DNA of 64,000 nt, the filler included, from Stramenopiles sp. TOSAG23-3 (lineage: Eukaryota): the NCBI GenBank assembly GCA_900128585.1. It is 18 parts of 18 records of this genome, joined end to end, with 100 filler letters (N's around TTAATTAATTAA, not from the genome) between each part and the next. Parts side by side here need not be neighbours in the genome. Positions count along the whole stretch, not along the records: positions 42,845 to 46,308 come from LT644209.1; positions 46,409 to 49,867 come from LT644210.1; positions 49,968 to 53,426 come from LT644211.1; positions 53,527 to 56,984 come from LT644212.1; 14 more parts are not named here. The stretch is one strand, 5' to 3'. Below the pieces are notes generated by a model that ran no database searches, was not told where the DNA came from, and worked only from the letters and a program-made list of their open reading frames with translations. Position numbers and translations under genes: made by a program. Of this stretch, positions 44,666-53,789 are shown piece after piece. Position 1 is the first letter of the stretch. The number at the start of each line of letters is the position of its first letter.

Positions 44666-45856
44666 TCATAGTAGCGGCTCAAACGTGATCTGTGCGTCCA
44701 ACTTTTGGAAGTGTGACAGCACCTTTGCCACCCCAAGGTATTCGGAGTCTCCCCGTCGCTGTTTTGCCCGCCTTTGCCGAGAAGAGTACCGCCCCTTCAT
44801 TCGTCTATTTTGCCGCTCTTCTTTGTCCAACACATACCGCGACAGAAGCCTTGCAAAACCATTGCATGGGTCCCGCCCCATTGCAGCCTGGCTGTCTTGA
44901 AAGTCGTGGATCGTGGCGCTAAACTCTTCATGGAAAAGGTTGCTGGCCTCGGACTTGGTCCAGCACATGGTGTCAACGTTCCCAGGGGCATCGCAAAACG
45001 TCCCAGTAACCTCTATGGCTGGGCAGCCGTTGCAGAGAATGCAGTGCTTTTCTATCCGCGAAGGGGGCAACAACGCCTTCGGGTCAGCAACAATGCCCGT
45101 GCAAAGCACGGCGTCCAGCCGATGGTGCCCCCCGCAACTCAAGAACGGGAGCATTCGACCCCCGAAAACTTGAAACTTTCTACCGCACGAGCCCGAAGAC
45201 TCGTGCCCGACATTGTGGTCAATATGCTTTCCAAACCGTTCGGGCACGTTCGAAACGGACCACGGCAACTTGGCAACCCAGCAGCGCGTGGTACGGTACG
45301 TGGAGCTCGGAAGGCTATCGATCAGGCAGAAACCTGCCCGTACCAAGCTGCGGACGGTGTCTTTCCACCCCATGTTCTTATCCAAGATGGAAACAGCAGT
45401 TTCTCCGTATCCCGAAATTTTCTTCGTGGTGACGTGTGAGTTCTCTATGGCATCGCCTTGGCGTCTCCGAGTTTCTATTTTCAATCGTTTTATGGTAAAC
45501 ATCGCAGACGACTGTTGGTACACGACGAACTGCTTCGGGGTCTCGTTGTCGGGGAGGGCGATCCGCCGATTGTCCGGGTTTCCACCGATCGGGGACATCA
45601 AGTATGCGAAATTCGTGCACTTTGACGGACTCGGCACGCGGCTCCGAAGCCCATGATGGTCGACGACCAATGTTTGTTGCGGCTCTAACTTTCGCAAATG
45701 TGCACGAATCGGATCCTTCGGTTCTTTTCGCACGATGCCAAGCTTGAACAACGTATACGGGATTTCCCTTACTTTATCCTCGTCCTCATCACGGTCATGG
45801 TTTGGATCATCCCGTTTGAAGGTGTCCATCATCGCATTATGTTTTATCCGCGACAT
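44666..45856 (-). CDS. Hypothetical protein
   Basis: ~396-codon GC-balanced ORF; no recognised motif. Confidence 0.6.
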   Translation of the reverse strand: MSRIKHNAMMDTFKRDDPNHDRDEDEDKVREIPYTLFKLGIVRKEPKDPIRAHLRKLEPQQTLVVDHHGLRSRVPSPSKCTNFAYLMSPIGGNPDNRRIALPDNETPKQFVVYQQSSAMFTIKRLKIETRRRQGDAIENSHVTTKKISGYGETAVSILDKNMGWKDTVRSLVRAGFCLIDSLPSSTYRTTRCWVAKLPWSVSNVPERFGKHIDHNVGHESSGSCGRKFQVFGGRMLPFLSCGGHHRLDAVLCTGIVADPKALLPPSRIEKHCILCNGCPAIEVTGTFCDAPGNVDTMCWTKSEASNLFHEEFSATIHDFQDSQAAMGRDPCNGFARLLSRYVLDKEERQNRRMKGRYSSRQRRAKQRRGDSEYLGVAKVLSHFQKLDAQITFEPLL

Positions 45857-46240
45857 TGACGGCGAAAGGGGTGGCTGGGTGGATGGAGGCCCACTCACTC
45901 ACTCACAGACTCTTTAAAACCAAACAAAAAGAACAAACAGGTTTAAATACAGTTTCTTCTTGCACTGAAACGAACCAAAGTATAAGAATGAATAAATATA
46001 AATATTATGTACTATGTAAATTATCAGCAGTATTATATGTTTACTATTTTTATCTTTTCTTTTTATCTTTTCTTCTATTACTAGTATAATACTAACGAAC
46101 TAACTTTAAAATATTTGATTGAAACGGATATTTTTTTTAATAAATTATTATTATTTTCTTTTTTATCATCAAAAAACAAAAAAAGTAGAAGAAGTATTAC
46201 AGTATTATAATAAGAAGAAAGAAAGAAAGAAAGAAGGAAG

Positions 46241-46307
<67 letters not shown>

Positions 46308-46918
46308 ANNNNNNNNNNNNNNNNNNNNNNNNNNNNNNNNNNNNNNNNNNNNTTAATTAATTAANNNNNNNNNNNNNNNNNNNNNNNNNNNNNNNNNNNN
46401 NNNNNNNNCGGTTTTCTTTTGATTTCTTGCTTGCATTCATGGTCGTTAAAATTATATATACATATGATGCTGTTTCTTAACAGAGTAACGGCACGATTTC
46501 GATTCTCCGCCTTTCAACTTCAGTTTTAATTGCGTTTTATGGTTTTATCACTTACTTCTATGTATAATTCGTTTCTTCTTCTTCTTGATGATAATAAATA
46601 AAAAATTATTTTAATATCGCATCCTCGTCGTCGCGTCGTCGCGAGAAGAGAGAAGAGTCGTCGTCCGTTATTGCTGTGGTGATATAAGCTATTTTTAATA
46701 ATAATAGTGTTATAGTCTTAAATAGTTATTTACACAAATATTATACGTGCTCTGTCATATATTCATTGTAAACTTTTTAATATGAAACGGTCGCAGGAGG
46801 GTCCTCTCACGATAATTTTGACAGATATAACTATATAGGTTATATATTAGTATTGAATTATGTATACTTAATACAAGAAATAGGTTGGGAAATATATATT
46901 TACCTTATTTTTATAGTA

Positions 46919-49435
46919 TTATTTTGTACTAGCGGATGATGGGAGTGTTTCAATCTTTGTGTCGAGATCTACTTTTCGAAAGGAGATGTCATCGTGCAGA
47001 TGAAGCATATCTTTGACATTGATATCTTTAGCAGCCAAAAATCGCGTGTTTTGTTGGGCAACCCTAAAGCGCTCTTGTCTTGGTGACACATTTTGCTGCG
47101 TGGCCCGCGGGCCAGGGGCCTCGGGGCGAACTGGGCTAAAGTCATGCCTTATTTGTTCCATTTCCTCCATCTCTCTTATAGCATCCCCGAGCTCTGTTAG
47201 TGAGCTGTCGACTTGGGCACTCGCCCAGAAATTTTCTATGGAATGTTTATCTTTGTTGTCGTTTATATGAAATTCTTCTTTCACTTTGGTCTGCAACCCT
47301 TTTAGTTTTAAAGCATCTTTTTCTGCCATTTGGTTGAAGACATCTTTGCCGATTTCAACTAGGTCGAAACTAAAGCGATACCCGTGCATGCCGAGGACTT
47401 TGTACACAGAGAGCAAGTCGTTCTCGACCAAATCCAGCTTCAGAGAGCGTCCAAGATTTCCACTCTTGCCCATTCGAGCGATTCGCTTTATTACAACGGG
47501 CCACAGGCCCATCCGCTTCAGTCTTTTTCTAGTCATAATAACTTTGTCACAAAGAACGCGCATGTCTTTGCAATCACCCTCAAGCTCGAAAATCCCAAAA
47601 TATTCGCTCAGTCCTGCCACCTTCAGTGACAAGAAAAAAGAATCTATTGATTTATGTGACAAAATACTATGCACTTTCGCGATATTTTTCTTCATCATCG
47701 GTATAGTTTCAAGACGAAGGTTTTCATGCGCTAAAAATTCTGGGGATTTTCCCCTGCGATTATATAATAAAGGATCTGCCCCCAGCCCCAGCAGTCTTAT
47801 GGCCAACGCGGAATGACCTGCCTGTGCGGCAAAGTGCAATGCTGTATTTCCATGGTGATCTTTGGTATTTATTTCTGCGCCCCACTGGACAAGACGGTGG
47901 CATAAATTAAGATAGTTTTTCTCCGCAGCGACATGAAGGACAGTACGCCCATACTCATCGAGAGGAATAAAATCATGGGCCCTTTCTTTCCTGGTTTTTT
48001 TTGAAAATACAGACAGCATAGCCTCTTTTTCTGCGCTCGTCATGCCCTTCGGGTGTTCTGTTGCAACATTTATATCAGCTCCGTTGGCAACCAAAAAGCA
48101 AATCAGTTCGTAATTGTTGCCTAGTGCCGCACAGTGGCAAGCCGTGCGCTTGTCATCAGTCAACCAATTCACCGGGATGCCTTTTTCAGAAATTAACCAT
48201 TTCACTATATTAAAATGTCCCCCAAATGCAGCTAGGTGAAGGACGTGTTCTCCGGCTTCTTCCAGGGCATTTATGTCTGCCCCCCAGTCGTCCACCAAGT
48301 ACATGGCAAGTTCGAGGTGCCCATACGCTACAGCATAATGCAGTGGTGTCCAGCAAAAATACGACTCTACATGCCTGTTGACTTTCACACCCCTTTCGCG
48401 CATTGTCTTGATAATGCTCATGTCCCCCCTCTCTAGTGCCTCCAAAAATACTTTATCCCAGTCCAGCCTAATTGTTTTTTTCCGGTTCCTTAAGAACTTC
48501 AATTTCTTGGACCAGACACCAGTTTTGTGGACCGCAACGCGGTGGAAGGATTCACAAACCTGTTTGAGTTTCCTATACTGTGCAATCTGGTACGGGTTCG
48601 ACCCTCCGTGGGGTGGTTCTCCAAAGTTTTTAATAAGTCTATCTGCTCCATTTTTTAGTAGCAACGTAACAATGTGGTTATTCCCTCTGATTACAGCATC
48701 ATGCAAGGGAGTATCCCCTCGAATATCTTGGACATTCGGATCTACCCCTAAGTGAAGCAAAAACTCAACGGCGTCGTACTTCCCGTTCCATGATGCCCTG
48801 TGCAAAGCATTTTGCCCAGTAGATGACAGGGCATGTATATCGGCATCGTTGTGCATCAAGATCTCCATTGTGTCCATCTCTCCCATCATAGCCGCGTAGT
48901 GGAAAGGGGTATAACCGTTCTCGTGATCTTTCGCGCCTACGTCCGCGCCATGGTAGCAGTAGGCCATCACACGCTCTTTGTGGCCATTTTCTGCGGCATA
49001 GTGCAACGGCGTTTCTCCTCTTTTGTTCTCGGCTGTGACGTCAACTCCCTTTTGAAGCAAATATTTTGCACAGTCACCATCCTCTACTTGCGACGCCCAA
49101 TGCAATGGGGTGTTTCCTTCACGGTCGGCCGCGTTTGGGTCAGCGCCGCCGTCAAGAAGGCACAACACCGTCATACCGTGACCCCCGGAGGCGGCATAAT
49201 GTAATGGGCTGTTCTGATAGTGTCGATTGGTTAAGTTCGGATTTGCACCATTCAGCAGCAGCCAAACTACTATTTCAGTATGCCCTCCAAGAGCTGCAAC
49301 ATGAAGTGGTCTATTTCCCTGCATCATTATATTTTCAAAGTCAATCCTTGCTCCTCTCTCAGCCGCTTGCTGGAACGTTTTCGCATCTCCAGTAGCGGCT
49401 GCTTTGAAGAGCGCCTCTTCCCACATTACCGACAT
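46919..49435 (-). CDS. Multi-ankyrin-repeat protein with possible C-terminal SAM-like domain
   Basis: >12 TPLH.AA..G repeats; LKVAGLSEYFGIF...LKRMGL. Confidence 0.92.
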   Translation of the reverse strand: MSVMWEEALFKAAATGDAKTFQQAAERGARIDFENIMMQGNRPLHVAALGGHTEIVVWLLLNGANPNLTNRHYQNSPLHYAASGGHGMTVLCLLDGGADPNAADREGNTPLHWASQVEDGDCAKYLLQKGVDVTAENKRGETPLHYAAENGHKERVMAYCYHGADVGAKDHENGYTPFHYAAMMGEMDTMEILMHNDADIHALSSTGQNALHRASWNGKYDAVEFLLHLGVDPNVQDIRGDTPLHDAVIRGNNHIVTLLLKNGADRLIKNFGEPPHGGSNPYQIAQYRKLKQVCESFHRVAVHKTGVWSKKLKFLRNRKKTIRLDWDKVFLEALERGDMSIIKTMRERGVKVNRHVESYFCWTPLHYAVAYGHLELAMYLVDDWGADINALEEAGEHVLHLAAFGGHFNIVKWLISEKGIPVNWLTDDKRTACHCAALGNNYELICFLVANGADINVATEHPKGMTSAEKEAMLSVFSKKTRKERAHDFIPLDEYGRTVLHVAAEKNYLNLCHRLVQWGAEINTKDHHGNTALHFAAQAGHSALAIRLLGLGADPLLYNRRGKSPEFLAHENLRLETIPMMKKNIAKVHSILSHKSIDSFFLSLKVAGLSEYFGIFELEGDCKDMRVLCDKVIMTRKRLKRMGLWPVVIKRIARMGKSGNLGRSLKLDLVENDLLSVYKVLGMHGYRFSFDLVEIGKDVFNQMAEKDALKLKGLQTKVKEEFHINDNKDKHSIENFWASAQVDSSLTELGDAIREMEEMEQIRHDFSPVRPEAPGPRATQQNVSPRQERFRVAQQNTRFLAAKDINVKDMLHLHDDISFRKVDLDTKIETLPSSASTK

Positions 49436-49996
49436 GGCTTTATTCGATGGGTTACAGCGAAGCGCCTCGGCACTTCTAAACTGCTACAGCTCACAGCGTT
49501 ATCTCGCTTTTCGGCTTTCGTGAACGCCAAAAGAAGTTTGTTACAATAACTGTGGGGGTTCTTAAACAACATGCATCAGTATTTTCCAGAAAGAAGAGTA
49601 AACGTCGTCTCGTCACAGACTTCTTTTTTGTTTCTGTTTTTATTATATTATTATTTTTTTTTATTATTATTATTATTATTATTTTTTTGCATGCATGATG
49701 ATGATGTTGTTGCTATTACATTAATATAATTTAAATATAGAAGATGATTTTATTCATCATCTTCTATTAATACTTCCTTCTTCATGTATTAAATAGCTAT
49801 TACTTATTATACGAGCGTTTTTATTGACATTGCTGCTGCAGTATTTTTCTTCAACGCTACGCACCAGNNNNNNNNNNNNNNNNNNNNNNNNNNNNNNNNN
49901 NNNNNNNNNNNTTAATTAATTAANNNNNNNNNNNNNNNNNNNNNNNNNNNNNNNNNNNNNNNNNNNNTTTCAGAATCAAGTTAGGATTAGGGTACG

Positions 49997-50046
49997 AGGA
50001 AGCTAAATTTAATTACTTAAATAACAGCCAATTTTCTTGTTTTTAA
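49997..50046 (-). repeat. Near-consensus repeat copy that supplies the end (KNKKIGCYLSN*) of ORF 50009-50377
   Basis: Minus strand TTAAAAACAAGAAAATTGGCTGTTATTTAAGTAATTAAATTTAGCTTCCT. Confidence 0.9.
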
Positions 50047-50391
50047 TGTCATCCTTGGTTTGTGTCAGGATCTGCGTTGTGATTTGGTCGCTACTGGCCT
50101 GCGGGTCTAGCTTGACATTCAGCTCGTCCTCGCTTATACCTTTCAATGCAGGATCGCCGTGTAACACCTGTTCGTACATGAGTGAGTTTGTTCCGAATAC
50201 CATATTGTTGTCTGACAGGTTGTTTTCCGAGCGCCCGATCTCCTGTAGAACCTTGTTCCCATAGAGTAGGCATCGGATGCGAGGGTGGGAGGCTAGATCA
50301 TGCAGGGATTGCAGGGCCTCCCTGAAGTCTGCCGTGAGTATTTCTGTGGTTTCGTCGGGGCTCCTGCTTGTCGTCATGTCCTGGGGAAGGC

Positions 50392-51144
50392 GTTAAAAAA
50401 CAAAAAATTGGCTAGTCAGAGTACTTCAAATTTAGCTTCCTTCATGTACTGCAAACTGATCTCTACTATTGTGATTTTAGTAATCAATATATCCTANNNN
50501 NNNNNNNNNNTGTGTGGAATTGCGTCGATTTCAGGAGACCCATAATCAACTTCCTCATCCGATGTCTCACTCATAGGTGAATCATTCCTGGTGTGGTTTA
50601 CCAAGCAGCGGCGTGAATGTTTTAAGCTCGTTGTCTGTCTTTTAAACAAGAAAATTGGCTGTTTTTAAGTAATTAAAATTAATGTACTGCGAGCTGATCT
50701 CTACTGTTGTGATTTTATCACTTAGTCTTGACTATCATTTTCATGTGTACTCCATGCATGACCCGAATCAGTGTGTTGAATGGCGTCGGTGTCAAAAGAC
50801 CCATAATCAACTTCCTCATCCGATACCTCAGTCATAGATGAATCATTCCTTGTGTGATTTTCCAAGCAGCAGCGTGAATGTTTTAAAGGTGCTCGTTGTC
50901 TGTCTTGTAAACCAATCAAGGAATTGTCATTTGTGAATTGAGATGTCGAAGGTGGGTCGTTTAAGTCGGTGTGTGTAATCGGCAATGCGATGGCTGGGAG
51001 TCGTTGGCGTGCCCGTTGAAGTCTCGTCCTGCTGGCAACGCTTTGGTTCCCTTCCCCTGAAGACTGAATGGAGGATTGGACCTCTGTGTCGTCATCCGCG
51101 GGTAACACTAATAGGGTCGGAGAGATTATAAATAAATGTTTCAA
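50392..51144 (-). mobile_element. Two head-to-tail truncated copies (~50392-50640 and ~50642-51144) of the repeat element's terminal region, with ORF remnant 50722-51144
   Basis: Shared blocks GACCCATAATCAACTTCCTCATCCGAT and ATGTACTGC(A/G)A(A/G)CTGATCTC; each copy begins with the AAACAA(G/A)AAAATTGGCT motif; third copy at 52311-52555. Confidence 0.7.
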
Positions 51145-51637
51145 TTTGATGTTAAACCACTCAGGCTAATTTGATGTTAAACCACCTTAATTAAGAAGAA
51201 CGAAAATCGTGAACATAAAGGAATCCTCCTCCCTCACATTATTCGATTTGCTCTGTTGATACTGCACACTTAATAATACCGATACAGCATTACCACAGTC
51301 GGTTAAAAAAATGAAATTTTGTAGATACCCAACCACCGGGCACTTATCGTGCAAACAATACAAAACAACTCACTACGTACAGAGAGAGTATTAATATAAG
51401 CGGCGCGCAGCAGCGAAGTGGAGGGGAATCGTAGGGAGTGCCGAGGCCACATACAAAAGACCATTCCACCCCACCAAATTTTCACCTTGGTTTCAGATAT
51501 CTTTCCAGAGACCCCCGATTGTGGAAAAGGAGTTACTAACAACAATGATCGCAGATAACTTTTAATTTGAAGGGAATGACATTCAACGACCACCAAAATA
51601 ATAATACATGAACTGACGTCCAAAACTAAGTAAAACT

Positions 51638-51877
51638 ATGGCTGCTATATTTGATTCGACAAGCTGGTTAATTTGTTTGTTATTGTTGATTTGTGGTTGC
51701 TCATACGTCCACACTAAAGTTGACCCTGATTGTTCTTTGCAAGGTGTTGTTAAGACAAGCCAATACGAAACTGGTGTTATAGGTATAGGGTGGAAATTGG
51801 CTCGTATTGGAGAAAGAAAAAGCGAATATGTTTCGTTTGCCTGTATTTTGATGTCGCTGTATGTCGTTTTCGCCTGA
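51638..51877 (+). CDS. TMEM167: Protein kish (TMEM167 family)
   Basis: MAAIFD...LLLLICGCSYV...TGVIGIGWKLARIGERKSEYVSFACILM follows the kish family pattern. Confidence 0.9.
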   Translation: MAAIFDSTSWLICLLLLICGCSYVHTKVDPDCSLQGVVKTSQYETGVIGIGWKLARIGERKSEYVSFACILMSLYVVFA

Positions 51878-52310
51878 TAAACGAATATATAAAAACCTGC
51901 GCAGCTGCTTGCCAAATGCAGTGGCGCTTTCTAAAAGGTTTGGTTATGTTAATTGGTTGATATAGCTTTAGTTCCCGTCCAAGATATGGTTTTAAACGCG
52001 TAATGTAATCCAAAAAATCGTTTGCAGGACGAAGTTAACTGGAGTACACAATAGGAAGATAGTGTGGACTAAACGATAAGAGTAAAACGACGAAGAAAAA
52101 CTAAGGAGCAGAAACAAATCGCAGTACAAGAAGGAAGTAAAACTTTAGTGGACACAAGCAAATTGCATTTGCAAGGAAGGGTGACTTGGAAATAGTTGTA
52201 GACATATAACTTTGATTGGGAGAAGGATCGATTTCTTGAACATAACGATTGACAAACAACGAAGAAGAATCAATGACTGACATAACGATATTCAGTGAGT
52301 GTCTTAAAGC

Positions 52311-53426
52311 ATATTTAAGTAATTAAAATCAATGTACTGCGAACTGATCTCCACTGTTGTAATTTTAGTTATGGTCTATCAATATACAGGCTAAGATAGT
52401 TAGAGTACTTCAAATTTAGCTTCCTTCATGTACTGCAAACTGATCTCTACTATTGTGATTTTAGTAATCAATATATCCTACCATGCATGATCTGAATCAG
52501 TGTGTAAAATTGTGTCGATGTCAGGAGACCCATAATCAACTTCCTCATCCGATGTGTACTCAACAAACCGACCCAATTCCCAGTCAAAGCTCCTGATAAT
52601 TTCATCCATCTTTGGAGACTCATGTGAGTAGATCACTTCTTCGCCGAACTAATAAGAGTCACTTGGAGAATCAATAGTCCCTTTATTACCAAAACTCGAA
52701 CAGCGGCTAGAATTGTTTTTTGATTGCCTGGAGCTGTTCGACTCTTTTGCTGTTGGGGGGGATAGATTATCAGCGTCTCTGAAATTGGGTCCAAATTCTG
52801 GAAAACCCGGCCGGTGAAGCACTCGGTTACACTTAGCGGAGGTAGCTGTAGAATACATTTCCACATCATCTCCAGAGTTCAAACAGCGGCTAAATTTGTT
52901 TTTTTGTTGCCTGGATCTGTTCGACTCTTGCGATGTTGGGGGGTAGATTATCAGCGTCCGTGGAGTTTGGTCCAAGTTTTAGAGACACCGGCAGGTGATT
53001 CGCCCGTTTAGGCTCATCGGAGTTGATCCGTTTCAGCCAGTCGTAATGTATTGATTCACGACACCAACTGAGGGCGATAACGTGCTTTTGTTGGTGGATT
53101 CCTGTTGGCCTTTGTAGCCATTGTTGGGTGCCATTTTCGAAGATAATAATTTCTAAATTGTATTTGCAAGCTATTAGTGCGAGTTCACTCTGTCTCCCGT
53201 ACGCACCCCCATGGATTCTGTCGCACATGTCTTGGAATAAAGTTTGTCCTTTATTTAGTGACGAGTCTGCAAAGAGACCAGCATGCAAGATTGAATATTT
53301 CGGGTTAGTATGAAATTCGTTCGTGCACGTGTTGAGCAGAGCCGTGCGCATCTTCCTGTGTTGGTCTTTTCGTGGTGTCGACAACCATGTGGGCGGGAGT
53401 GTTAGGCGATTGTGCGCCATTGCCTC
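52311..53426 (-). mobile_element. Decayed element: OTU-like cysteine protease domain (52890-53426), ~180-bp internal tandem duplication, frameshifted/stop-interrupted ORF, terminal repeat block
   Basis: GAYGRQSELALIACKYNLEIIIF...IALSW....HYDWL (OTU C-terminal motifs); 52699-52816 similar to 52881-52998; 52402-52555 similar to 50418-50555. Confidence 0.65.
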
Positions 53427-53789
53427 NNNNNNNNNNNNNNNNNNNNNNNNNNNNNNNNNNNNNNNNNNNNTTAATTAATTAANNNNNNNNNNNNNNNNNN
53501 NNNNNNNNNNNNNNNNNNNNNNNNNNATATTAACACACCACCAGAGCAAAAACATCTTCCTTCTTCTTCTTCTGTTCTTGTTTTCTTTTTGCCATGCGCT
53601 TCAGCTGATATCTTCTTCTTCAAACTACTAAAAAAAAAGAAAGCATTTGTTTCATCGTATTGTGTGAGGTCGTTTATGAACTACGAGTGAATGCGTTTTT
53701 GACGTTTTTGCGTTGAGGATCATTCGGGCCATAGTGTAAGAGAAAGAAAACGATCTTGTGGTTCGCTACTGGCATAGATAGTAACAAAA

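Noticed and set aside
49981-49993. TTAGGATTAGGG and scattered TAGGGTTT telomere-like words
   Set aside because: Too short and isolated to support a telomere or telo-box call.
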